From: Fibrobacterales bacterium
GTDB lineage: Bacteria > Fibrobacterota > Fibrobacteria > Fibrobacterales > JAOPTW01
Direction of reading: 5' to 3'
Length of the DNA stretch: 57,253 bases
NCBI GenBank assembly: GCA_051532035.1
Contig: JAOPTW010000005.1
Coordinates: forward strand, 1 to 57,253
Shown: in pieces, positions 48,075 to 57,253 of the stretch
Position numbering within the stretch: the stretch's first letter is position 1
Layout: the number at the start of each line of letters is the position of its first letter
Notes under the pieces: generated by a model
Database searches by the model: none
Seen by the model: the letters and a program-made list of their open reading frames with translations, nothing else
What the model was told of the DNA's origin: nothing
Made by a program: the position numbers and the translations under genes

Positions 48075-49589
48075 CTATGGTTGGGTCAAAATAATGAGGC
48101 GGCACTGTCTATTTTCGAACAGAATATCCTCTTCACGCATGTGCACTAGATAGGCATGGCCCGATACCGGCTTCAATAACATATCATGAGGGGTTTCAGG
48201 CTCAATCACTTTCTCAAAAAATGATTGTACCCCTTGAGAAAACTGGCGTGACGATGCCATACCGAGCATTAATAATCCATGAGGATTGATAAACTGCACA
48301 CCCCCAGAATGAGTGTCTGATACAATAACTCCTATAGGGAGAGCACCAAAAATGGTTTTCAATTCGCTCAACTGTCGAGCCTGTACATACCGAAGATCGT
48401 TGACCTCATTTCGCACAACATTCATCATATCGTTGAGTTGATAGAGTGGATTTTCTGGTGAGATAAGCTGAGTATCTTTTACTAATTCAATACTTTTTTT
48501 CGGTTCTACTTGAGTATCATCCCAAAGAAGTTTAGCAAAAAATGAATTGGTTTCATCAATATCAGATTGAGAGATCATAAACTGGCGGTCTTTACCCGAT
48601 TGACTCATATTTTCAGCATTTAATATCGCCTCTATTGCCTGTTCAAATGACTTCACAAAAAGGATTGGAAATTTTTCTCGTTTTGCAAAAATTTTAATGT
48701 AGACCTGCACAAATAATGGTGCGTTAAATATATATGCGGTTCGAATAGTACATTTGTATTTCGAATTAAAAGCCCGAATGCTATCGGCATAGATTTTCCT
48801 CACCTGAGAGGAGACTGCACCGATATTCCCATAGTCAACAATCCGATAATAGTGATTCCCTTCAAAGGAGCCATCATTCAATGCGGCATCTAAACAATTC
48901 ATTGCTCCAAAAGCATCTTGTACCGTAGGCCTACCTTGAATTGAAGAGTAGAGTACCTTTCCGGGAATAACTGCACTTTTGTAACAGAATTCACTTTCGG
49001 GATTAAAGTATTTCCAATTCGAGTTGTATTCAAGAGCATTGACATTCAGATCAATAAGAGGTTTACGATATTTAAAAGACTCTAAATACTTCTCTGCTCC
49101 TGATAAAGCTTTGAAAAGAGAATTGACATTAGAAAACTGTGTCGCGATACGATATGTTTTAAAGCCAATACTCGTTACAGCCCTCAACCAAAGTGGTGTA
49201 TTACAAAATATTATAGCCGCTTTTTGAACTTGGTGATCAATAAGATACTGCTTCTGATACTTAATCTCGTAACTCTGAGGCCTACCTTTAAGCTTTTTAA
49301 AATCGCGTATCTCAACATAGGGAAGTTGCACACCTGCTTTTTGCAAAAAAGCCTCAACGAGCTCATAGTAGCGTCTCATATTTGTTAATTCCATATTGCC
49401 ACTATTTGAAATATAGACAATTGAATCACCCAGTTTACGAATATTGAAATTGTAATGTTCAGCGATAGGAAAATTTAAATAGTCCTCGAGCTCTGTAACA
49501 TTGAGGCCCGAAATGGTGTCAATGTACTCTCGTTTGCCATTAACAAAAGGAGTATTTTCATCAGGAATTTGGGACAACTCGACGCTCAT
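48075..49589 (-). CDS. Cytoplasmic sensor-like protein: two repeated alpha/beta (STAS/SpoIIAA-like) domains, coiled coil, PAS-like domain
   Basis: Repeated pattern YVEIRDFKKL / YYRIVDYGNI and IFCNTPLWL / IFNAPLFV; IFGALPIGVIVSD...FINP. Confidence 0.5.
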   Translation of the reverse strand: MSVELSQIPDENTPFVNGKREYIDTISGLNVTELEDYLNFPIAEHYNFNIRKLGDSIVYISNSGNMELTNMRRYYELVEAFLQKAGVQLPYVEIRDFKKLKGRPQSYEIKYQKQYLIDHQVQKAAIIFCNTPLWLRAVTSIGFKTYRIATQFSNVNSLFKALSGAEKYLESFKYRKPLIDLNVNALEYNSNWKYFNPESEFCYKSAVIPGKVLYSSIQGRPTVQDAFGAMNCLDAALNDGSFEGNHYYRIVDYGNIGAVSSQVRKIYADSIRAFNSKYKCTIRTAYIFNAPLFVQVYIKIFAKREKFPILFVKSFEQAIEAILNAENMSQSGKDRQFMISQSDIDETNSFFAKLLWDDTQVEPKKSIELVKDTQLISPENPLYQLNDMMNVVRNEVNDLRYVQARQLSELKTIFGALPIGVIVSDTHSGGVQFINPHGLLMLGMASSRQFSQGVQSFFEKVIEPETPHDMLLKPVSGHAYLVHMREEDILFENRQCRLIILTQP

Positions 49590-49764
49590 GAGATACGTTA
49601 GCCTATTTTAAATGCTCTACTAGTACCTAATATAGATACAAAAGGTTTCTTCTCGTATACTATACTATATAGCCGAGTCAAGTTCAAGAAAGAGATCAAA
49701 AAGTTACGGTACATTGTTCAAAGATATGGTACATTAAGAAAGAACCAATAACCTGAATACTATT

Positions 49765-50607
49765 TTGACCAAACTAACACTCAGAACTCGTGTGTGGCAA
49801 ATTGTGGCTGTAGCCCACAAAGGCGATATTCCGAGTTATATATTTGACTGGTCTATCCTAACCTTGATTCTTATCAGTGTTTTAACGGTTATGTTCGATA
49901 CAAATCCAGAAATATCGGCAGAGTACAATCAGATGTTTCGCACCATCGAAATCCTCACGACGATCATGTTTTCTATAGAATACATGCTCAGACTCTGGTC
50001 CTGTGCAACCCGTGTAATGTATAAAGGAAGAATAAAAGGCCGCTTAAAATGGATGAGTACCCCTTTAGCTATTATCGACCTCATTGCCATACTCCCCTTC
50101 TATCTTACTCTGTTTGGCTTAGACCCAGACATTGCTCACATGCTTTCCCTAATACGAATATTGAGAATAATTAAACTGGTACGCTACTCAACCTCGATAA
50201 AAATGATCCACAATGTATGGAGATATAGCCGACACGAACTCTTTATTGCAGCAGTACTTATCATTGTAATCACCATTGTATCATCAGCACTCATGTATTT
50301 CGCTGAACATCGGGTACAACCTGAACATTTTAGAGATATACTCACTACTATGTGGTGGACCGTAATGACCATTACGAACGTAGGATACGGTGATGTCGTT
50401 CCTGTTACAGGGTTTGGGCAATTTATCGGTTCTGTAGTTGCAATTTTAGGCATAGCAGTCTTTGCACTTCCTACCGCAATACTTGGGGCCAGTTTTATGC
50501 GCGAGATCCAAAATAGACGTAAACCAGTCTATGATTCATGTCCCCATTGTGGCGAAAAACTACAAGTACAACGTGTTTATCGTCGTCGAGGCATCGATCA
50601 CCACTAA
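49765..50607 (+). CDS. 6-TM voltage-gated potassium channel-type ion transporter
   Basis: IIDLIAILPFYL, S4 IRILRIIKLVRY, WWTVMTITNVGYGD, C-terminal CPHCG. Confidence 0.92.
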   Translation: MTKLTLRTRVWQIVAVAHKGDIPSYIFDWSILTLILISVLTVMFDTNPEISAEYNQMFRTIEILTTIMFSIEYMLRLWSCATRVMYKGRIKGRLKWMSTPLAIIDLIAILPFYLTLFGLDPDIAHMLSLIRILRIIKLVRYSTSIKMIHNVWRYSRHELFIAAVLIIVITIVSSALMYFAEHRVQPEHFRDILTTMWWTVMTITNVGYGDVVPVTGFGQFIGSVVAILGIAVFALPTAILGASFMREIQNRRKPVYDSCPHCGEKLQVQRVYRRRGIDHH

Positions 50608-50740
50608 TTGATATACCTCAATACTGTTACCTATTCACAGATGTAGTTGAGCAAACCTGGTAATTATCTCCTCTATCTATACCGCTCAATACGCATTTAT
50701 CTATATTTTTGCCAAATAAAATTCTAATAAAGGACCAATC

Positions 50741-51196
50741 ATGAAAGTACTATCAAAAATTTTTCTTGTAGCTCTCATAACAGTATCTGTTGCCGGTGCA
50801 CAAGATATCATGACCAAAATGTATGGTAACCTCGAAACATTAGTTACCATTTCTGAAGCTCTTGCATCAGACGATTTTAAAGCAGCTCAAGCATCTGCTG
50901 CCACACTTAACACAAGCCTTACTCCATCACCATCAAAAAAAGCATCACCAACTTACAAAGCTGCTTTTCCATCAGTTGAAAAATTGAATACTGCAAAAGA
51001 TATTGCTGCTTTTAGAGAAGCCTTTAAAGAGCTCAATGCAACGATCATTCCTCACGTAAAAATGTATGGTGGCCTTACTAAAGCAAAATTATTTGAGTGT
51101 AAAGAGAAAAAGGTTCAGTGGCTTCAAAAAGGCGACAAACCTCGTAACCCTTATTTTGGCAAAAAAATGCTCAGTTGTGGTACACCCGTTAAATAG
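50741..51196 (+). CDS. DUF3347-family periplasmic protein (metal-associated)
   Basis: Signal peptide, EALASDDFKAA, DIAAFREAFKEL, WLQ...RNPYFGKKMLSCG. Confidence 0.8.
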   Translation: MKVLSKIFLVALITVSVAGAQDIMTKMYGNLETLVTISEALASDDFKAAQASAATLNTSLTPSPSKKASPTYKAAFPSVEKLNTAKDIAAFREAFKELNATIIPHVKMYGGLTKAKLFECKEKKVQWLQKGDKPRNPYFGKKMLSCGTPVK

Positions 51197-51221
51197 TCAT
51201 TTAATGTGTTTTTTATAGTAC

Positions 51222-51249
51222 GCCCAACTCAATAGAGTTGGGCTTTTTT
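51222..51249 (+). terminator. Rho-independent terminator
   Basis: GCCCAACTC-AATA-GAGTTGGGC-TTTTTT. Confidence 0.88.
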
Positions 51250-51258
51250 ATTGATTTT

Positions 51259-53748
51259 TTATGACCGATTCTCTGAATGAGAAGGGTATTTTGTTACAGT
51301 TAATAGAGCAACAATCGCAATACTGACACTACTCAAAGGCATAAGAATTGCTGCCCAAAGGGGAGTTATGAGCCCTAATAGAGCGAGTGATATAGCAAAA
51401 ATATTATAGAGTATGGAAAGAGCATAACAGAGCTTTACACCAAGCCCTGCTTTTTTAGGAATGTGAAACAGATTAATAAATTGATCGAAATTGGGTGAAA
51501 TAAGCAGTACATCAGCTCCATGTCCAAGATACTCCGCCCCACCTTTGACTACAACCCCTATATCAGCAGAAGCTATGAGTAAAGAATCATTAAAGCCATC
51601 ACCAATTGCTACAATGGAGTTATCTGACTGAAACTGAGAGAGTACATGATGTTTCTCTTCTGGAGTCTGTTCAGCATATCCTTGTTTAAATGGAATGACA
51701 TCAAGGAGCGTATCAACCTGATTTTGAATATCTCCAGAAACCAGTACCGTCTCGATTTTTTGACGATTCAGATACTCGACCGTTTCAACGACTCCCCTCT
51801 TTATCACATCTTTAAAAGTTATAGTGGCCACCACGCTCCCATTATAGACGAGTAACGAATCAATTGAAGACTCCTTTACCCCATTATTCCATTTAATATT
51901 CTGTAATTCATTTCGTATTGAGCTATCAACAATATAAGAGAAATCAAATGAATCTAATAGAACTCGAGCACTACATACATAGAGAACATCCCGTCGAGAT
52001 TCACTGTGCCATTCTCCACGTAGTCCAAGACCAACAATTTCGAGTGGCATTACAGCAATCCTAGACTGAACTTCCATTACTCCTTGATCAACAATACTCT
52101 TTTGAATAGAAACAGATACAGGGTGTAAAGAGTGCTCAGTAAGTTGCGCTATTTTACCATAGAGATGCTGTTTATCCTCTTGAGAAAGTTTATCTTCCCA
52201 ACACCAACCAGTAATTTCTCGTTCGGTCATGGTGAGAGTGCCCGTTTTATCAAAGAGAACTGCGTCTACCTTTTGTAACGTATCAATAATGTCGTGTTTT
52301 TTAGAGTAGAGCCCAAGTGCACTCAAGCGCTTTAATGCGAGCCCATAATTAAGGGGTTTTGCAAGGGCTAAGGCACAAGGACACGAAACAACCAACACAC
52401 TTGCGGAATAGATGAGAGCAAATTCAAGCCCTTCACTATAGTGTACCCAAAAGGTTAAAGAGGCACATATTAACACAAAGCCAATAAACCAAGGAACAAT
52501 TTTTTCAATTTGTTCACTATTACGGTTCTTTTCTTCGACCATAAGGTCAAATTGGTTCTTTAATTGCTTGATCCGATTTCTTGATTCAGAGTTAGTGACT
52601 TTTATGACAATGCGCTCTTTTAAGTTTTTATATCCCGCAAAGAGTGTTGAACCACTGGTAATTTTTTCAACATCAGATTCGCCAGTCAATAAGCTTTTAT
52701 CAAGCCATGTAACTGGTGTACTTAACGTTCCATCAATAGGGATATATTCATCGGGGAAAAGTACAATTTCATCACCATTTTCAACAAACTCAATGGGAGT
52801 ATCTTCAATACCATTTGGGGTCACTTTTTTTACGAGATCAGTTTTGATCCCTTCGAACCACCGGGAATCTATTACAAGAGAACGTTCAAAGCGCTGCACC
52901 ACCCAGCGACCAATAAGGAGAAAAAAAACCAACCCTGAAACACTATCATAATAACCATGCTCGCCTTTCAGAGTTAAATAGAGTGAGACTACAGATGTAC
53001 AGAGAATACCAATTGCCACAGGTAGATCCATGTGTAATACCTTACGACGAAGGCCTTGCCACGCCTTTTGATAAAAGGGGTACGAGCAATAGGTAACAAC
53101 AGGAAGCGATAAAAAGAGTGAATACCATGAGAATAGCGATACCCAATCAGAATCTATACCGGTAAACATACCAAAATAGATACCAAGAGAGAACATCATT
53201 ATGTTTAAAAATATTGCCCCCGATACGGCGATGCGAATAAGAAGGGATTTACTCATAGAGACTTGAGGGGCTGCATCTGTTGCTACCGCATTAAAGGTAT
53301 ACCCAAAAGTGTGGCAATACTGGAGTACCCCTTGCAGTGAATAGAGGTTGGAGTCATACGTAAGTTCCATTACCCCGCGAAAAAAATCAACATATACTGC
53401 AATTCCAACAAACTCTTTTTTGAGTACCGTCTCGAGTAACCACCCACATGCAGAGCAGTGAATCTCATTTGAGTAGAGTGATATTGTGTGATGAGCCCCT
53501 TTCCAGATACCTATAGCACTCACATCCTGAGAGTTGTTTAATGTATTAAGTAAACTCTGATTTGAAGCAATAACTTTAGGAGCTCGACTTTTTTCTGCCT
53601 CGAGAAGGGTGTAATAAAAATCGAGGCCATCATTAGACTGAATTATTTCGTAGACCTGCAGACAACCATTACAACAAAACTGATTACCAACAGCATCAAC
53701 AATCGGTTCATGGATAATAGAGTCGTGACAGTGGATACACTGGCTCAT
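51259..53748 (-). CDS. ccoI: Cu-translocating P1B-type ATPase for cbb3 assembly (CcoI/FixI)
   Basis: CIHC...FCCNGC, HCSAC, LTGES, CPCAL, DKTGT, HP, GDGFND; position in the operon. Confidence 0.9.
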   Translation of the reverse strand: MSQCIHCHDSIIHEPIVDAVGNQFCCNGCLQVYEIIQSNDGLDFYYTLLEAEKSRAPKVIASNQSLLNTLNNSQDVSAIGIWKGAHHTISLYSNEIHCSACGWLLETVLKKEFVGIAVYVDFFRGVMELTYDSNLYSLQGVLQYCHTFGYTFNAVATDAAPQVSMSKSLLIRIAVSGAIFLNIMMFSLGIYFGMFTGIDSDWVSLFSWYSLFLSLPVVTYCSYPFYQKAWQGLRRKVLHMDLPVAIGILCTSVVSLYLTLKGEHGYYDSVSGLVFFLLIGRWVVQRFERSLVIDSRWFEGIKTDLVKKVTPNGIEDTPIEFVENGDEIVLFPDEYIPIDGTLSTPVTWLDKSLLTGESDVEKITSGSTLFAGYKNLKERIVIKVTNSESRNRIKQLKNQFDLMVEEKNRNSEQIEKIVPWFIGFVLICASLTFWVHYSEGLEFALIYSASVLVVSCPCALALAKPLNYGLALKRLSALGLYSKKHDIIDTLQKVDAVLFDKTGTLTMTEREITGWCWEDKLSQEDKQHLYGKIAQLTEHSLHPVSVSIQKSIVDQGVMEVQSRIAVMPLEIVGLGLRGEWHSESRRDVLYVCSARVLLDSFDFSYIVDSSIRNELQNIKWNNGVKESSIDSLLVYNGSVVATITFKDVIKRGVVETVEYLNRQKIETVLVSGDIQNQVDTLLDVIPFKQGYAEQTPEEKHHVLSQFQSDNSIVAIGDGFNDSLLIASADIGVVVKGGAEYLGHGADVLLISPNFDQFINLFHIPKKAGLGVKLCYALSILYNIFAISLALLGLITPLWAAILMPLSSVSIAIVALLTVTKYPSHSENRS

Positions 53749-53751
53749 GGA

Positions 53752-54198
53752 TTATTCCCGGTGATAACGCTCTTCGACAAAGAGTACTAATGAAGAGTCA
53801 CTATAGGCCCACATTTTAATAAGCCATACCCCGGTGGTAAGTTTTATAGTAGTGGCCCCCCACTCCCCTTCAATTTGTGATTTCAGAATAAATAAACGAT
53901 CATCTTTGAGATCATTATACCGCATACACTCAACAACAACTGAGTCAACACCAACAGCAGATGAAGGTATAGTAACCTGAATCTTAGTTGAGTCGATAGA
54001 AAAACTAAAGGCCTCCCCTAAGGAGTCCACTCTGCGTTTTGCTTCTATAACAGAGTTATAAGCGATACCTTTTTGATAATAATCAGTTTCAATAAGAACT
54101 GCATTATTTTCATTAGAGATGGAAACAATGATAACGGTCACAATGAGTATCATTATCCATATGACTATAAGCACTTGTATTACTCGTGACTTTAACAT
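53752..54198 (-). CDS. ccoH: FixH/CcoH family protein
   Basis: N-terminal TM, DYYQKGIAYN, GVW; lies between ccoG and ccoI. Confidence 0.82.
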   Translation of the reverse strand: MLKSRVIQVLIVIWIMILIVTVIIVSISNENNAVLIETDYYQKGIAYNSVIEAKRRVDSLGEAFSFSIDSTKIQVTIPSSAVGVDSVVVECMRYNDLKDDRLFILKSQIEGEWGATTIKLTTGVWLIKMWAYSDSSLVLFVEERYHRE

Positions 54199-54209
54199 CG
54201 TATACTCTT

Positions 54210-55583
54210 TTATTTAGGTCCAACACTCATGACAGGAATATATTCAATTATGCCATCAGTAGTAATGCTAAAGATAGTTTCATTATGCCCTGAAACAAAC
54301 TGATCACGTGGAATCCAGGTTAAAAATGTGAGTTCTCTTCGTTCGCCGGCTGGAACGGTAATTGAAGAGCCAGACCAGTTAGTACGAACACTTGCAGCAT
54401 TCGGCTCAATGGTAACACTCATTGATTTGTAGGATTTATTACGAAGGCGAAGAGTAAACATATTACGTACTTCCCCATCTTCTTCAACGATATAAGGCAC
54501 CGACTGCACTTTCGTTAAATTGATTTGAAGCAATGAACGAGTATTGAGTAGAGTAAAAAATATGATAAAACAGATTAAGGTAATTGCAGAATATATAACA
54601 AATCGTGAACCGACAACCTTTGACTGACTGTAATGAATCTGTTTTTCTGAAGCGTATCTAATAAGACCTCTTTCGAGATTCTGTTGATCCATTGTTGAGT
54701 CACAAGCATCAATGCACAAAGCGCAACCGACACATTCCAACTGCTGACCATTTCTGATATCAATGCCCGTTGGACATACTTTTACGCATTTTTTACAATT
54801 GACACAATCACCATTTTTTTCTTCATCCTTGGAACCCTTTACTGATCGTGGTTCACCCCGTACATGATCATAACTAATGACCATTGAACGAGTATCAGTG
54901 AGTACCGATTGAAAACGTGCATAAGGACATGCTATGGTACACATAATCTCTTTGGCAAACGCAAAATTTGCATAGAAAAAGAGGGATATAAAAATCATCA
55001 CCTTAAAAGCAAATGGGTTTGCCGATGGTGATTGTTGCATCGCAAGAAGTACTTCTGTGGGCCCTAGAAAATAGGTGAGAAAAAGATTACCAATACCTAC
55101 AGAAAGCAGTAAAAACAACAGGTGTTTCACTATTTTTCGTACGATCCAATCCAAGCTTATTGAACCAAAATCCCGCTTCTTTCGTTTTGCGGCTTTACCT
55201 TCAACAAGACGTTCTATGTCACCATAAAAAAAGTGTAAAAAAACTGTTTGCGGGCACGCCCAACCACACCAAATACGCCCAAAGGTAGCAGTAATAGTAA
55301 AAATGAAGAGCACCACACCAAGTACAAATGGAAAAAAGAGTTTGAGCTCTTGCGGCCAAAACACTTTACCAAAAATAAACATTTTAAATTCAAAAGGGTC
55401 AAACTTAATAAGAGGATGGCCATCGATTGATAACCAAGGCATAAGGGCAGCAATACAGAAGAGTATATATGCGACAGCCCTACGATTTTTTTTAAACCGT
55501 CCAGAAAGTTCAAGTGGGTAGAGCCATCGACGTCTACCCGAGTCACCTATTGAACTGGTCCTGTTACTATCCTCTTCGAACAC
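54210..55583 (-). CDS. ccoG: cbb3 oxidase accessory ferredoxin-like protein CcoG/FixG
   Basis: GRIWCGWACPQT, CPYARFQ, DCVNCKKCVKVCPTGIDIRNG, CVGCALCIDAC. Confidence 0.95.
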   Translation of the reverse strand: MFEEDSNRTSSIGDSGRRRWLYPLELSGRFKKNRRAVAYILFCIAALMPWLSIDGHPLIKFDPFEFKMFIFGKVFWPQELKLFFPFVLGVVLFIFTITATFGRIWCGWACPQTVFLHFFYGDIERLVEGKAAKRKKRDFGSISLDWIVRKIVKHLLFLLLSVGIGNLFLTYFLGPTEVLLAMQQSPSANPFAFKVMIFISLFFYANFAFAKEIMCTIACPYARFQSVLTDTRSMVISYDHVRGEPRSVKGSKDEEKNGDCVNCKKCVKVCPTGIDIRNGQQLECVGCALCIDACDSTMDQQNLERGLIRYASEKQIHYSQSKVVGSRFVIYSAITLICFIIFFTLLNTRSLLQINLTKVQSVPYIVEEDGEVRNMFTLRLRNKSYKSMSVTIEPNAASVRTNWSGSSITVPAGERRELTFLTWIPRDQFVSGHNETIFSITTDGIIEYIPVMSVGPK

Positions 55584-55592
55584 CCCGCCTCT

Positions 55593-56426
55593 CTATTTTT
55601 TTAGCGTTACGATATATGCGCCAATATCTGCAATTTTTTGATCGCCAAGTATCGCTTTCCAGCCAGGCATTCCTTTCGCTGGGACTCCGACTGAGATTGA
55701 TTGTAATAGTACTGGTGTTGATGCTGCGTCATATATAGTAAGAGCTGGACCAATAGAACCGACACCATTGGCACCATGACAGGTTACACAGTTTGCACTA
55801 TAGAGTTTTGCCCCATTTTTTGCATCAGCCACCGGAAGTGTTCCCTGGGTTGCTATAGCAGTAATAGGTTTTCCACTATTCAGGCTCAAAATATATGCTT
55901 TGAGCTTTTCAATTTTCGAATCACCCAATATTGGCTTCCACCCTGGCATTCCCTTTTCTGGGGTACCGACACTAATTGCCTTAGTTAATGTTTCAAGACT
56001 TGCCACTTCTGTTGAATATTTATCCACAAGTGTTGGACCGACAAGGCCAACGCCTTTAGCAGCATGACACGCAATGCAGTTTGATCCATAGATTTTTTCA
56101 CCTTCAGCAATAAGCTCTGGTTTCGTATAATCTACGGCAACGTCAGATTGAGGAGCGCCACTTTGTTTAATTGCTGCATTTGCTTCTTTAACGGAGGCAT
56201 CATAATTATAATCAGTCCACCCCAGTGGGTTCTCTGTCTTTTGAGTAACCTCATTGATTGCATTTTCTTTAGCCATATAATATCCCATATAGGTAAAAGA
56301 AAAAATTATTGATGCATAGAAGAGGTACATGATCCACTTTGGAGGTGGATTATCCTGTTCTATAATACCATCATAGTCTACACCTTCGTGTGAGAGATTA
56401 TCGTGCTTTATATCTTTTTTATCCAT
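55593..56426 (-). CDS. ccoP: cbb3-type cytochrome c oxidase subunit III (diheme)
   Basis: DYDGIIEQDNPPPKW, CIACH, CVTCH, two GMPGW; AGGAG before ATG 56426. Confidence 0.92.
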   Translation of the reverse strand: MDKKDIKHDNLSHEGVDYDGIIEQDNPPPKWIMYLFYASIIFSFTYMGYYMAKENAINEVTQKTENPLGWTDYNYDASVKEANAAIKQSGAPQSDVAVDYTKPELIAEGEKIYGSNCIACHAAKGVGLVGPTLVDKYSTEVASLETLTKAISVGTPEKGMPGWKPILGDSKIEKLKAYILSLNSGKPITAIATQGTLPVADAKNGAKLYSANCVTCHGANGVGSIGPALTIYDAASTPVLLQSISVGVPAKGMPGWKAILGDQKIADIGAYIVTLKK

Positions 56427-56634
56427 TTTGGTACTCCTTGCTATTCTCTTCAGCAGTGTGTTGCTGAACGGAGGTTTCATCTTCTAAAATCATAGTACTT
56501 AAAGATTCGTAGTGTATTTTACTTCCTCTACGAAATACCCATAATACTATACCAGCACTACAGGTTAAAAAGAGGACTAAGCCCAATATGGGCCAGTCCG
56601 TTAAATCAGCGTGGTTGAGTACATCTTTAAACAT
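56419..56634 (-). CDS. ccoQ: cbb3-type oxidase small subunit CcoQ/FixQ
   Basis: Single TM, 71 aa, between ccoO and ccoP. Confidence 0.82.
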   Translation of the reverse strand: MFKDVLNHADLTDWPILGLVLFLTCSAGIVLWVFRRGSKIHYESLSTMILEDETSVQQHTAEENSKEYQNG

Positions 56635-56645
56635 ATGCCTTACCT

Positions 56646-57253
56646 CTATTTAATATCTGTGCCAAGGCGTTGTAGATATGCTATTAATGCAACTAACTCA
56701 CTTCTAGCAGAATCTTTGATGCCAGCACCAGAGAGCTCTTCACCAATTTTTTTGCCTTGAGCTTTTGCATCGGCAACAGCAGATTGTATTTCTGCCTCAG
56801 TATACGGAACACCAAGAGTAACCATAGCATTGAGTTTTGCCTCAGTTAACGAGAGATCAAGTTCATCTGTAGCAAGCCATGGATAGGCTGGCATGTTTGA
56901 GCCTGCACTGGTAACCTGTGGATCTACCATATGTCTATAATGCCACGCACTCGGCATTTTTCCACCGATACGATGCAGATCTGGCCCCGTACGCTTTGAC
57001 CCCCACTGGAATGGATGGTCATACACAAATTCGCCCGCTTTAGAGTAATCTCCGTAGCGCGCAACTTCACTTCTAAATGGACGTACCATTTGCGAGTGAC
57101 AGTTATAGCAGCCTTCCCGGATATAAATATCACGCCCTTCAAGTTCGAGTGCAGTGTATGGTTTAACGCTACTAATGGTTGGAACATTTGACTTTATAAT
57201 AAAGGCAGGTACCAACTCTACAACAGTCCCGATTAAAATAAGTACCGCAACAC
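56646..57253 (-). CDS. ccoO: cbb3-type oxidase subunit II (CcoO), 5'-truncated by the window edge; may be the end of a CcoNO fusion
   Basis: GRDIYIREGCYNCHSQMVRP, WGSKRTGPDL, MPAYPWL; frame open to the window end. Confidence 0.95.
   Translation of the reverse strand, partial: VAVLILIGTVVELVPAFIIKSNVPTISSVKPYTALELEGRDIYIREGCYNCHSQMVRPFRSEVARYGDYSKAGEFVYDHPFQWGSKRTGPDLHRIGGKMPSAWHYRHMVDPQVTSAGSNMPAYPWLATDELDLSLTEAKLNAMVTLGVPYTEAEIQSAVADAKAQGKKIGEELSGAGIKDSARSELVALIAYLQRLGTDIK

Overview
AT-rich bacterial chromosomal window, densely coding, with no rRNA, tRNA, CRISPR array or mobile element recognised. The gene content suggests an FCB-group organism, probably Fibrobacterota-like (inference). Supporting clues are the region-1.1-less sigma70, TAnnTTTG-like promoters, and many lipoproteins with FecR, FGE-sulfatase and beta-helix domains. 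Housekeeping genes: sigma70-family factor, yqgE/algH, RNase Z-like, ybeY-corC-cmoA-radA-tgt, rplU-rpmA, glyA, argJ, greA-holA, RluA-family synthase, a metH-metF-like operon and the 3' part of a cbb3 oxidase operon (ccoO-Q-P-G-H-I). Two uncharacterised cell-envelope loci lie among these. The first is a FecR/Ig protein plus a 1429-aa beta-helix/beta-barrel protein, preceded by a CRP-type box. The second is a five-gene lipoprotein/lectin/beta-barrel cluster. Other notable points: an orphan T6SS tssF; metH split by one in-frame TAA at the cobalamin/activation-domain linker; apparently leaderless genes; a K+ channel with an NVGYG filter; a shared CSTEPE lipoprotein N-terminus; and an internally duplicated CcoP. 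All calls come from motif recognition by eye; no database searches were run.
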